From an uncultured Actinomycetota bacterium (GTDB lineage: Bacteria; Actinomycetota; Actinomycetes; Actinomycetales; Dermatophilaceae): a DNA stretch of 64,000 nt. The notes under the pieces were generated by a model. It worked only from the letters and a program-made list of their open reading frames with translations. It searched no databases and was not told the DNA's origin. Shown piece by piece: positions 53,229 through 62,430 of this stretch. A program made the translations under genes and the position numbers. Each line of letters starts with the position of its first letter. Positions within the stretch are counted from its first letter, which is position 1. The stretch spans positions 30,024 to 94,023 of the forward strand of contig CAVYYD010000012.1 of assembly GCA_963772645.1 (NCBI GenBank). The letters are read 5' to 3'.

Positions 53229-54593
53229 ATGGACGACGTGGTTCACGAGCTCGTCGCGGCGCTCCCGCAGGGGGTCGTCGCCACGACCCGCGAGGCGCTC
53301 GACAGGTACCGGTTCGACTGGACGAACGACTCCCGGGTCGGGATGCCGCTCGCGGCGGTGCGCGCGGAGGGCGCCGAGCACGTCCAGGCGACGCTCCGCT
53401 GGGCGGCACGCCACGGCATCGGGGTGGTCCCGCGGGGCGCCGGCACGTCGCTGTCGGGGGGCTCGATGGCGGTCGACGGGTGCGTCGTCCTCTCCCTCGA
53501 GAGGATGCGCAGGGTCGAGATCGACACGGTGACGCGGGTCGCCGTCGTCGAGCCGGGGGCGCTCAACGTCGAGGTCAAGCGGGCGGCCGCCGACCACGGC
53601 CTCTGGTACCCCCCGGACCCCAGCTCGTTCGAGATCTGCTCGATCGGCGGCAACATCGCGACGAACGCCGGTGGGCTGTGCTGCGTCAAGTACGGGGTCA
53701 CCACCGACTACGTGCTCGGCCTCGACGTCGTCCTGGCCGACGGCACCCTCGTCTCCCTCGGCGGCAAGCGGATCAAGGACGTCGCCGGCCTGCCCCTGGT
53801 CAAGCTCTTCGTCGGCTCCGAGGGGACCCTCGGCATCGTGACGAGGGCCGTCCTGCGGCTGCTCCCGGCACAGCAGCCGCGTTCGACCGTGGTCGCCACC
53901 TTCCCCACCGTCACCGCGGCGGCCCTGGCGGTCGTCGAGCTCGGACGCACGGTGCGCGCCTCGATGGTCGAGCTCATGGACAACGCCGCCCTCAACGCTG
54001 TCGAGGACCACCGGCCGATGGGGCTGGACCGGGACGCCGGTGCGATGCTCCTCGTCCAGAGCGACGCCCCGGGCGGCGCCCGCGCCGCGGAGCTGGCGGC
54101 GATCACGGCGGCCTGTGAGGTCGGCGGAGCCAAGGAGGTGCTGGCCACCGACGACCCCGAGGAGAGCGAGATGTTCGTCGCCGCCCGCCGGCTCTTCTTC
54201 GACGCCACGCAGGTGCGCGGCGCGATCCTCCCGGAGGACGTCGGCGTCCCCGTGCCGCTGCTGCCCGACCTCCTGGCCGCCATCGCCGCCATCGCCGCGA
54301 AGCACGGAGTGGAGATTCCGGTCGCCGCCCACGCCGGTGACGGCAACACCCACCCGGTGATCATCGTCGACCGATCCGACCCGCTCTGCGCCGAGCGCGC
54401 CCGCCGCGCGTTCGACGAGGTGATGGCTGCCGCCATCGCGCTCGGCGGGACGATCACCGGCGAGCACGGCGTCGGCCGGCTCAAGGCTGCGGCGCTGCCC
54501 GACCAGCTGGGCCCTGACGTCATGGACCTGACCCGCAGGGTCAAGGCGGCCCTGGACCCGCAAGGCATCCTCAACCCCGGGGTCATCTGCTGA
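53229..54593 (+). CDS. FAD-linked oxidase (GlcD / D-lactate dehydrogenase-like)
   Basis: VVPRGAGTSLSGG, PDPSSFEICSIGGNIATNAGG, KDVAGLPL, GSEGTLGIVT and GEHGVGRLK...LDPQGILNPG. Confidence 0.88.
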   Translation: MDDVVHELVAALPQGVVATTREALDRYRFDWTNDSRVGMPLAAVRAEGAEHVQATLRWAARHGIGVVPRGAGTSLSGGSMAVDGCVVLSLERMRRVEIDTVTRVAVVEPGALNVEVKRAAADHGLWYPPDPSSFEICSIGGNIATNAGGLCCVKYGVTTDYVLGLDVVLADGTLVSLGGKRIKDVAGLPLVKLFVGSEGTLGIVTRAVLRLLPAQQPRSTVVATFPTVTAAALAVVELGRTVRASMVELMDNAALNAVEDHRPMGLDRDAGAMLLVQSDAPGGARAAELAAITAACEVGGAKEVLATDDPEESEMFVAARRLFFDATQVRGAILPEDVGVPVPLLPDLLAAIAAIAAKHGVEIPVAAHAGDGNTHPVIIVDRSDPLCAERARRAFDEVMAAAIALGGTITGEHGVGRLKAAALPDQLGPDVMDLTRRVKAALDPQGILNPGVIC

Positions 54594-54699
54594 CCGGCGC
54601 CGGAACGTCACCCCGCCCGGCTGGCGCGACGGCCCCGATGGGACGACGATGGTCTGACACACCCGGCCGCGGGACCGGGGAAGGGCGGAGGGAGCCGTC

Positions 54700-54882
54700 A
54701 TGTCGTCGCTCGTGCTCATCGTCCTGGCGGTCGCGGCCGCGGCCGTGCTGCTCCTCATCGTCGTGGGAGTCCTCGCCCTCCTCGCCAGCCGCGGCGGGCG
54801 CGGCGACGCGGACGCCAGCGGTGAGGTCTTCGGCGTCGTCGGCGAGCCGCCGGGCGACGCCACCGGCCTGCGCAGGGCGTGA
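54700..54882 (+). CDS. Hypothetical 60-aa single-TM protein
   Basis: GGAGGGAG lies 6 nt before the ATG. It reads MSSLVLIVLAVAAAAVLLLIVVGVLALLASRGG followed by an acidic tail. There is only ORF-level support. Confidence 0.4.
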   Translation: MSSLVLIVLAVAAAAVLLLIVVGVLALLASRGGRGDADASGEVFGVVGEPPGDATGLRRA

Positions 54883-55005
54883 CGTCACCGTCGGCCGGCC
54901 GCGCCAGGCCCGGCCGAACCCCTGCGACGCGAACCCGCTGGTCAGGCTGCCCCCGCCGCTAGAGTCATGATGACCAGCCGACCCCGGCCACCAGAGGAGC
55001 ACCTC

Positions 55006-55263
55006 ATGTACATCGGACTCGGCATCTTCCTGCTCGTCCTCGGCGCGATCCTGTACTTCGCCGTCACCGCGTCCGTGGCAGGCGTGAGCCTGAGCACCAT
55101 CGGGCTCATCCTCATGATCGGTGGTGTGCTGGCGATCCTCCTCTCGTTCCTCATGCAGGCCGGCCGTCGCCGCGACACCGGGTACACCGCGACCCGCGAG
55201 AGCCACGTCGACCCCGACACCGGCAGTCGGGTCGACCGCACCGACGTCGACCCGAACCCCTGA
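55006..55263 (+). CDS. DUF6458-like small membrane protein
   Basis: GAGGAG lies 7 nt before ATG 55006. It reads MYIGLGIFLLVLGAILYFAV...IGLILMIGGVLAILLSFL. Confidence 0.6.
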   Translation: MYIGLGIFLLVLGAILYFAVTASVAGVSLSTIGLILMIGGVLAILLSFLMQAGRRRDTGYTATRESHVDPDTGSRVDRTDVDPNP

Positions 55264-55453
55264 CGCATCCAGGACGACCGTCAGGGCCCGTCTCCCCGAT
55301 CGGGGAGACGGGCCCTCGTCGTGGCGGATGGACGACGCGCTGCCCGGCCGGTGCGCTCGGGGCTCGGGACGAATCGGGACCCTGGTCCCATGACCGCGGG
55401 TCGCTCGGACCGGAAACCTCGAGGGGTCGGACCGTCCCCTCCAAGGAGCCACC

Positions 55454-56158
55454 ATGACCCGCACCCTCTCCACCACCGACCGGCTCGCCGCCGCCTGCGG
55501 CGGCCTCTACGTCCTGCTCACCGTCGCCGGGAACACCCTGGGCTCCATGCCGCAGGGCGACCACCCCAGCGGCGAGACCGACCTCGCATGGCTCAACGGT
55601 CCGCACGGGGCCTGGGAGACCGTCGGCTTCGCGATCGAGGTCCTGGGGATGCTGGCGCTGCTCACCTTCCTCCCCTGGTTCGCCACCACCGTGCGCCGGG
55701 TTGCGGCCCCGGGCTCGGCGGCGCACTGGCTCGCCGGGCTCACGGTGGCGGCCGGCGGCGTCGCGATCGCCGTGAAGTTCGCGTCCTTCCTCCCCATGGG
55801 TGCGGCCTTCCTCGACCGGGCCGACCTCGACCCTCGCACGGCGCTCGTCCTGCTCGACATGGATGCGGCGGGCTTCGTCGTCACCTTTCTCCCCTTCGCC
55901 GTCATGGTCCTCGCCGGCGCCGCCGCCGGGCTCGCGGCGCGGGTGCTCGGCAGGGTCGCGGGCTGGAGTGGGGTGGTCATCGGCGTCCTCGTCCTGACCC
56001 TCACCCTCGCCACCGGGGTCGACCCGGTGCGCTCGAACCCGATGCCGTTCCTCGCGGGCCTGCTCTGGCTGCTGGCGGTCTCCACCAGGCTGGCCTGGCG
56101 CGGCCCGTACCGGGTCACAGCTGCGCAGACGGCGGTGCCGGCGCCCCTCGCAGCCTGA
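55454..56158 (+). CDS. Hypothetical polytopic membrane protein upstream of the kinase
   Basis: AAGGAG lies 7 nt before the ATG. 234 aa with about 6 hydrophobic helices. Confidence 0.6.
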   Translation: MTRTLSTTDRLAAACGGLYVLLTVAGNTLGSMPQGDHPSGETDLAWLNGPHGAWETVGFAIEVLGMLALLTFLPWFATTVRRVAAPGSAAHWLAGLTVAAGGVAIAVKFASFLPMGAAFLDRADLDPRTALVLLDMDAAGFVVTFLPFAVMVLAGAAAGLAARVLGRVAGWSGVVIGVLVLTLTLATGVDPVRSNPMPFLAGLLWLLAVSTRLAWRGPYRVTAAQTAVPAPLAA

Positions 56159-56208
56159 AGGGGGGCCATGTGGCCTGCCGAACCAGGCCCCTCACCGCCC
56201 GGGCCAGG

Positions 56209-58275
56209 GTGCATCATTCCCTCGTGGGCCGACGTGCCGGTGTGGGGCTGTGGTGCCTGGCGGTCGCCGGGCCGGTGCTCGTCGCAGCGAGCACTGTCGG
56301 GGCCGTGAGGTCCGGCCAACAGCTCACCGACTTCGCGAACGCCTACCCCAACCTCGTCCTCGGCGCGCTGATGCCGCTGCTCGGCGCCCTCATCCTGGCC
56401 CGGGTCCCCCGCCACCCGGTCGGCGCCATCTTCCTCGTCAGCGGACTGGCCAGCGCCGTGGCCACGGGGGTCTACGGCTACGCCGAGTACGGACTCGTCG
56501 ATCATCCCGGATCACTGCCGTTGGCCGTGCTGGCGGGATGGGTCTCCTCATGGGTCTGGACCCTCGGCTTCGTCCCGCTCGTGACGCTCGGGGTCCTCTA
56601 CTTCCCGGACGGCCGGCTCCCGTCACCCCGGTGGCGGGCGCTGGCCGTGGGGGACGCGACCGGCATCGGCCTCCTCGTCCTCACCAACGCGTTCGCCCCG
56701 GGGCCGCTGCAGAACCAGCCGGTCGTCGACAACCCCCTCGGGGCGTCGGCCCTCGAGGGGGTCGAGCCGGTGGTCCAGGGTGTGGCGCTGGCCCTGGTCG
56801 TCCTCGGGATGCTGGGCGGCGTCGGCTCCGCGGTGGTGCGCTGGCGCCGGGCCAGCGGCGTGGTCCGCACCCAGCTGGGCTGGCTGGCCCTCGCCGTGAC
56901 GCTGCTCCTCGCCTCGACCCTGCCGCCGTGGCCCGGGGCGGTCGCGACCGTGCTCGTCGCGGTCGCGGTCCCGCTCTTCCCGATCGCCGTCGCGGCGACC
57001 ATCGTCCGTGGCCGGGTCTACGGCCACGAGCTCGCCGTGCGGCGCTCGCTCGTCTACGCAACGCTCGTCGGCCTGCTGCTGCTCGCGTACGCGGTGGCCG
57101 TCACGACCGTGGGGCTCCTGCTGCGTGACCCGTCCGCCCCGGTCGCCTCGCTCGTCGGCGCGGCGACGGTCGCGGTCGTGCTCGCGCCCCTCCAAGACCG
57201 GCTGCGCCGCGGCGCGGACCGGCTGGTCTACGGCGACACGGGCGAGCCGTACCTCGTCCTCGCCGCGGTGGGCCGTCGCGTCGCGGGGTCATCCGAGGCG
57301 GCCCCGGAGCCGGTGACCGAGCTGGCCGCCACCGTGGCGGCGTCGCTCCGGGTGCCGTACGTGCGGGTGCACGTGGGGCGAGCGGACGACGCGGAGGCGG
57401 GTGCCGGCGCCCACGGGGCCCGCGAGGGTGGCCCCGCCGGCCGGGACGGCCTCCACGGACAGCCGCGCGGTCAGACCCACACGACGCCGCTGACCTTCGG
57501 CGACGAGGTGGTCGGGCGGCTCGAGGTGTCCGACCGGGGTCCGGCAGACCCGCTCCGCGCGGCCGACCTGCGCCTTCTCGACGACATCGCCCGACAGCTG
57601 GGGGTCGCCGCCCGCGCCCTGCTCCTCGGCGCCGACCTCCAACGCTCCCGGCAGGACCTCGTCACCGCTCGCGAGGAGGAGCGGCGCAGGCTGCGGCGGG
57701 ACCTGCACGACGGCCTCGGGCCGGCGCTCGCCGGCTTGGCCCTCGGGCTCGACGGGCTGGCCCGCACGGCCACGACCGACCCGACCGGCGCGGCCTCGCT
57801 CGCCGGTCACCTGGGCGGCGAGGTGCGTGATGCGCTCGCCGACGTCCGGCGGCTCGTCGACGGGCTCCGTCCGCCCGAGCTCGACCACCTCGGCCTCCTT
57901 CCCGCGGTGGAGCGCCAGGCGCGCCTCCTCTCCGAGCGGGTGCCCGGCCTCGAGGTCGGCGTCGAGGCATCGGCCATGCCTGCGGTGTCGGCCGCGGGCG
58001 AGGTCGCCGCCTACCGCATCGTCGCCGAGGCCCTGACCAACGTGCACCGCCACGCGGAGGCGAGGTGGTGCCGGGTGCGGCTCGACGGGGAGGCCTCGGG
58101 AGGGCTCGTCGTGGAGGTGGAGGACGACGGCTGCGGGCTGTCCGCCGGCCGCGGCCGGGGGATGGGGCTGGGGGCCATGCGCGAGCGTGCCACCGAGCTC
58201 GGGGGAACCTTCGACGTCGAGCCGGTCGCGCCGCACGGCACCCGGGTCCGCGCATGGATTCCGATGGCGCCGTGA
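56209..58275 (+). CDS. Sensor histidine kinase (HisKA_3/NarL class) with a polytopic N-terminal domain. The start is uncertain (GTG 56209 or 56224).
   Basis: REEERRRLRRDLHDGLGPALAG (H-box), AYRIVAEALTNVHRH and DDGCGL; about 8 TM helices. Confidence 0.88.
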   Translation: MHHSLVGRRAGVGLWCLAVAGPVLVAASTVGAVRSGQQLTDFANAYPNLVLGALMPLLGALILARVPRHPVGAIFLVSGLASAVATGVYGYAEYGLVDHPGSLPLAVLAGWVSSWVWTLGFVPLVTLGVLYFPDGRLPSPRWRALAVGDATGIGLLVLTNAFAPGPLQNQPVVDNPLGASALEGVEPVVQGVALALVVLGMLGGVGSAVVRWRRASGVVRTQLGWLALAVTLLLASTLPPWPGAVATVLVAVAVPLFPIAVAATIVRGRVYGHELAVRRSLVYATLVGLLLLAYAVAVTTVGLLLRDPSAPVASLVGAATVAVVLAPLQDRLRRGADRLVYGDTGEPYLVLAAVGRRVAGSSEAAPEPVTELAATVAASLRVPYVRVHVGRADDAEAGAGAHGAREGGPAGRDGLHGQPRGQTHTTPLTFGDEVVGRLEVSDRGPADPLRAADLRLLDDIARQLGVAARALLLGADLQRSRQDLVTAREEERRRLRRDLHDGLGPALAGLALGLDGLARTATTDPTGAASLAGHLGGEVRDALADVRRLVDGLRPPELDHLGLLPAVERQARLLSERVPGLEVGVEASAMPAVSAAGEVAAYRIVAEALTNVHRHAEARWCRVRLDGEASGGLVVEVEDDGCGLSAGRGRGMGLGAMRERATELGGTFDVEPVAPHGTRVRAWIPMAP

Positions 58276-58931
58276 CCCGCGTCCTGATCGTCGACGACCA
58301 TCCCGTCTTCAGGCACGGGCTGCGGGTGCTTCTGGACTCCGAGCCCGGTACGTCCGTCATCGGTGAGGCGGAGGGGGGCGCGGAGGCGGTGCAGCTCGCC
58401 ACCCGGCTGCGGCCCGATGTGGTCATCATGGACCTGGCGATGCCCGGCCTCGACGGTGCAGCCGCGACCCGGCGCATCCGCGAGGCCGTCCCGCAGACGC
58501 AGGTGCTCGTCCTCACGATGTTCGCCGACGACGACTCGGTCTTCACCGCCATGCGCGCGGGCGCGCGGGGTTACCTCGTCAAGGGCGCCGACGGACCGGA
58601 GGTCCTGCGTGCGGTCGCCGGGGTCGCCGCCGGCGAGGCGATCTTCGGCCCGGCCGTGGCCGAGCGGGTGCTCAGCTACCTCACCCGGCCGTTGTCCGCG
58701 CGGGACGAGCGCCACTTCCCGCAGCTGACCGAGCGCGAGCGAGAGGTGCTCGAGCTGATGGCGCGCGGTCTCGGCAACGCGCGGATCGCCGCCGACCTCC
58801 ACCTGTCTGCGAAGACCGTGCGCAACCACGCCTCGAGCATCTTCACGAAGCTCCAGGTGGCCGACCGCGCCGACGCCATCGTCCGCGCCCGCCGGGCCGG
58901 CCTCGGCCTCGCGGACGGCGAGCCGGGCTGA
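58272..58931 (+). CDS. NarL/FixJ (LuxR-type) response regulator
   Basis: GTG 58272 overlaps the kinase stop (GTGA); an alternative ATG is at 58254. It contains TRVLIVDDHPVFRHGL, DVVIMDLAMPGLDG and LTEREREVLELMARGLGNARIAADLHLSAKTVRNH. Confidence 0.9.
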   Translation: MTRVLIVDDHPVFRHGLRVLLDSEPGTSVIGEAEGGAEAVQLATRLRPDVVIMDLAMPGLDGAAATRRIREAVPQTQVLVLTMFADDDSVFTAMRAGARGYLVKGADGPEVLRAVAGVAAGEAIFGPAVAERVLSYLTRPLSARDERHFPQLTEREREVLELMARGLGNARIAADLHLSAKTVRNHASSIFTKLQVADRADAIVRARRAGLGLADGEPG

Positions 58932-58942
58932 GGGGGACGCAG

Positions 58943-58967
58943 GAGGGCCCGCCCCTGGGGCGGGCCC
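58943..58967. terminator. GC hairpin between the convergent regulator and fadE genes (agggcccgcc / ggcgggccct)
   Basis: A perfect 10-12 bp inverted repeat lies 12 nt after the regulator stop. There is no U-tract. Confidence 0.5.
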
Positions 58968-59025
58968 TGCCGGTGGGCAGGACGGCGGCGCGCTCCGCGC
59001 TGCGCCACCGCCCCGTGCCCGTGGC

Positions 59026-60897
59026 TCAGAACGCGGACTCGGGCACGTCCATGAGCGAGGTGTCGGTGGCCTCGGCGATCGCCCGCTCGGCGGTGAGGCG
59101 GGGCAGCACCTGCCGGGCGTAGAACCGGGCCGCCGCGACCTTGCCCTCGTAGAAGTCGCGGTCGCGTCCCTCGGCGCCCTCGGCGAGCCGGTCGAGGGCG
59201 ACCGCGGCCTGGCGCAGGAGCAGCCAGCCGACGACGAGGTCGCCGGCGGCGAGCAGGAGCCGGGTCGTGTTCTGGCCGACCGTGTAGAGGTTCACCGGGT
59301 CGCCGCCCTGTCGCGGGTCGGACTTCATCAGCTCGCCGACCATGAAGCCGAGGATGCCCTGGACGTCCTCGACGCCCTGGCCGAGCAGCTCGCGCTCGCG
59401 GTCGATCCGGCCGTCGTGCTGGCCGAGGTCCTTGGCGAACTCCTGCATCTGCCCGGCGAGGTAGGTCAGCGCCTGGCCCTTGTCCCGCACGATCTTGCGG
59501 AAGAAGAAGTCCAGGCCCTGGATGGCGGTCGTGCCCTCGTAGAGCGTGTCGATCTTCGCGTCCCGGACGTACTGCTCGACCGGGTAGTCCTGGAGGAACC
59601 CGGAGCCGCCGAACGTCTGCAGCGACTCGGTGCCGAGCAGGACCCAGGCTCGCTCGGAGCCGAGACCCTTGACGATGGGCAGCAGCAGGTCGTTGACCCG
59701 GTTCGCGGTGTCCGCGGCCGAGCCCCGCTCGAAGCTCTCCGAGCCGGTGGCGAGCACGTGCTGGTCGACGACGTCCTGCTGGGTCGCGGTGTAGAGCACG
59801 AGCGCGCGCAGGCCCTCGGAGTAGGCCTTCTGGAGCATGAGCGAGCGGCGGACGTCGGGGTGGTGGGTGATCGTGACCCGAGGCGCGGTCTTGTCGGTCA
59901 TCTGGGTCAGGTCGGCGCCCTGGACCCGCTCCTTGGCGTACTCGAGCGCGTTGAGGTACCCCGAGGACAGGGTGGCGATCGCCTTGGTGCCGACCATCAT
60001 CCGGGCGTTCTCGATCACGTGGAACATCTGGGCGATGCCGTCGTGGACGCCGCCGAAGAGGGTGCCGACGGCCGGTGCCTCGCCGCCGAAGGTGAGCTCG
60101 CAGGTGGGGGAGACCTTGAGGCCCATCTTCTTCTCGACGTTCGTGACGTACACGCCGTTGCGCTCGCCGAGCTCGCCGGTGTCGAGGTCCACGTGGTACT
60201 TCGGGAGGATGAACAGGGACAGGCCCTTGGTGCCCGGGCCGGCGCCCTCGGGGCGGGCGAGGACGAAGTGGACGACGTTGTCGACCATGTCGGACTCGGC
60301 GCTGGTGATGAAGCGCTTGACGCCGGTGAGCGTCCACGTGCCGTCCTCGTTCCGGACCGCCTTGGTGCGCCCGGCGCCGACGTCGGACCCGGCATCGGGC
60401 TCGGTGAGCACCATGGTGCAGTGCCACCCCTTCTCGACGACCCAGTGGGCCAGCTTCTTCTGCTCGTCCGTTCCGAGGAGGTAGAGCAGCTTGGCGAAGG
60501 AGTACGACGCGGCCATCATCGCCAGCGCCGGGTTGGCGCCGAGCATCATCTCGTTGACCGCCCAGCGCAGGCTCGGCGGGGCGACCGTCCCGCCGAGCTC
60601 GGCCGGCAGGTCGATGGCCCAGAAGCCGCTGTCCCGGTGGGCGGCGAAGGACCGGGCGAACGACGCGGGCATCGTCAGGCTCTGGTCCTGCGGGTCGTAC
60701 ACCGGCGGGTTGCGGTCGGAGTCGGCGAAGGACTCGGAGAGCTCGTTCTCGGCGAGCCGGGAGACCTCCTTGAGCATCTCGCGCGCGGTGTCGACGTCGA
60801 GGTCGGCGTAGGGGCCGGACCCCAGCACGTCGGCGCGTCCGAGGACCTCGAAGAGGGTGAACTCGATGTCGCGCAGGTTGCTCTTGTAGTGGCCCAT
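59026..60897 (-). CDS. fadE: Large acyl-CoA dehydrogenase (FadE-type with a C-terminal extension)
   Basis: [40 protein letters not shown] and [13 protein letters not shown]; 623 aa. Confidence 0.9.
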   Translation of the reverse strand: MGHYKSNLRDIEFTLFEVLGRADVLGSGPYADLDVDTAREMLKEVSRLAENELSESFADSDRNPPVYDPQDQSLTMPASFARSFAAHRDSGFWAIDLPAELGGTVAPPSLRWAVNEMMLGANPALAMMAASYSFAKLLYLLGTDEQKKLAHWVVEKGWHCTMVLTEPDAGSDVGAGRTKAVRNEDGTWTLTGVKRFITSAESDMVDNVVHFVLARPEGAGPGTKGLSLFILPKYHVDLDTGELGERNGVYVTNVEKKMGLKVSPTCELTFGGEAPAVGTLFGGVHDGIAQMFHVIENARMMVGTKAIATLSSGYLNALEYAKERVQGADLTQMTDKTAPRVTITHHPDVRRSLMLQKAYSEGLRALVLYTATQQDVVDQHVLATGSESFERGSAADTANRVNDLLLPIVKGLGSERAWVLLGTESLQTFGGSGFLQDYPVEQYVRDAKIDTLYEGTTAIQGLDFFFRKIVRDKGQALTYLAGQMQEFAKDLGQHDGRIDRERELLGQGVEDVQGILGFMVGELMKSDPRQGGDPVNLYTVGQNTTRLLLAAGDLVVGWLLLRQAAVALDRLAEGAEGRDRDFYEGKVAAARFYARQVLPRLTAERAIAEATDTSLMDVPESAF

Positions 60898-61036
60898 GGG
60901 TCGGTCCTTCCGAGACGCGGGTATGTGAGCGCTTGCTTACCATTCTGCTACCCGCGGGTAACAATCGCAAGAGGTACCGCCTTCCGGTGGTCCCGGCCGG
61001 CCCGCGGCGTCCCCGGCCCGCACGTCGGCACGAGCC

Positions 61037-61585
61037 GTGGGGCCCGGGAGCGGCATACTCGGGAACGTGGCTGTCGGCAGTGGGGAGGTCGGCCCGCTCG
61101 ACCGGGCCCGCGAGGCCCTCGATGCCGGGTCCGCCTGGCGTGCGCGCGACATCCTCCTCGCCCACGTCGAGCGGGAACGCGACCCGGAGGCGCTCACGGT
61201 GCTCGGCGAGGTGCTCAGCGAGATGGGTGACCTGCCGCGCGCCGGTGCGATGTGGTTCGCCGCCGGTGCCAAGGGGCCCGAGATCGACCGCGCGGTCGCC
61301 GCCTGGCGCGAGCAGTCCCGCGACGACTTCGCCGTGATGTGGGAGGGCCTCCCGGCGTCGGCCCGCAGCGAGCCGCTGCCCCGCCGCATCGAGGCTCTGC
61401 GCGAGAAGGCGCTCGCCGTCGAGCCGGACGTGGTCGTCCCGGCCGCGCCGCCGGCCGAGGAGGAGGACGAGGAGGGCGGCACCGATGCCGCCTGGGTGCT
61501 CGCCTGGGTGCTCGCCGCAGTGTTCGTCGTGCTCGCCGTGATCGGCGCGGTCACCGTGCTCGGCTGGATCGTCCCGGGCGGCTGA
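61037..61585 (+). CDS. DUF6584-like protein with a C-terminal TM anchor (an alternative GTG start at 61067 follows a CATACT box)
   Basis: LDRAREALDAGSAWRARDILLAHVE...LGEVLSEMGDLPRAGAMWF...; C-terminal WVLAWVLAAVFVVLAVIGAVTVLGWI. Confidence 0.6.
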   Translation: MGPGSGILGNVAVGSGEVGPLDRAREALDAGSAWRARDILLAHVERERDPEALTVLGEVLSEMGDLPRAGAMWFAAGAKGPEIDRAVAAWREQSRDDFAVMWEGLPASARSEPLPRRIEALREKALAVEPDVVVPAAPPAEEEDEEGGTDAAWVLAWVLAAVFVVLAVIGAVTVLGWIVPGG

Positions 61586-61770
61586 CGTCAGGGGCAGGCG
61601 CCCCACGGGCGATCTGTCCGGACCACCGTGAGCGAGTCATCAGTCCTCGGGAACGGCGCCATGGCCACCACCCAGCAGAGACAGGCGCTCCATCGGCCGA
61701 CGCGGTGCCTCCCTCGGCCCCAGACCCTGATGCGCCTCCCCGCCGCGCACCGGCCGTACAGTGTGAGCGC

Positions 61771-62307
61771 ATGAGCGTGCGGATCGCGTTCCTACGCGCA
61801 GTGAACCTCGGCAAGCGGCGTGTCCCGATGAGTCGGCTGGTGTCGGTCTGCCGGGGCCTCGGCTACGCCGACGTGTGGACCTACGTCAACAGCGGCAACG
61901 TCGTGTTCGACACCACTGGCGCGCGCACCTCGGTCGAGAAGGCGATGGAGAAGGCGCTCGAGGAGGAGTTCGGCTTCGAGTGCACGACGTTCGTCCGGAC
62001 CGCGACGGAGCTGGCCGAGGTCCTCGACGCCAAGCCCTTCCCGGTGGCGGCGGGCGACACGCACTTCGTGACCTTCCTCAAGAAGGCACCGGCAGCGAGC
62101 GCCGCCAAGCGGCTGGAGGAGCTGTCGAACGACATCGACACCCTCATCGTCCAGGGAGCCGATGTGCACTGGCGGATGAGAGGCAAGTCGACCGACTCCC
62201 GCCTCGTCAGGCGTGACTGGGAGAGGATCCTCGGCCCGCTGAGCAGCACGAGCCGCAACATCACGATGCTGACCAGGCTGACCGCCAAGATCGACGCGTC
62301 CTCCTAG
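61771..62307 (+). CDS. DUF1697-domain protein
   Basis: MSVRIAFLRAVNLGKRRVPMSRLVSVCRGLGYADVWTYVNSGNVVF. Confidence 0.75.
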   Translation: MSVRIAFLRAVNLGKRRVPMSRLVSVCRGLGYADVWTYVNSGNVVFDTTGARTSVEKAMEKALEEEFGFECTTFVRTATELAEVLDAKPFPVAAGDTHFVTFLKKAPAASAAKRLEELSNDIDTLIVQGADVHWRMRGKSTDSRLVRRDWERILGPLSSTSRNITMLTRLTAKIDASS

Positions 62308-62430
62308 CTGCTGGAGCCGTCACGCTGTCGGGGTGCGCGTGAGGACGTGTCCGGTCCCCTTGCACGTGCTCCCTACCGCCGCCTTGCGCACCGCCTTGGG
62401 CCGTTGGACCTCGAAGAGGCTGCGGGCGGA

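Noticed and set aside
60898-61036. Short inverted repeats upstream of fadE (cgcgggta...tacccgcg; the agcgct core) as a TetR-type operator.
   Set aside because: The arms are short (8 bp or less) or imperfect (8 of 12). No regulator gene is adjacent and I recognise no consensus. This is too weak to report as a feature.
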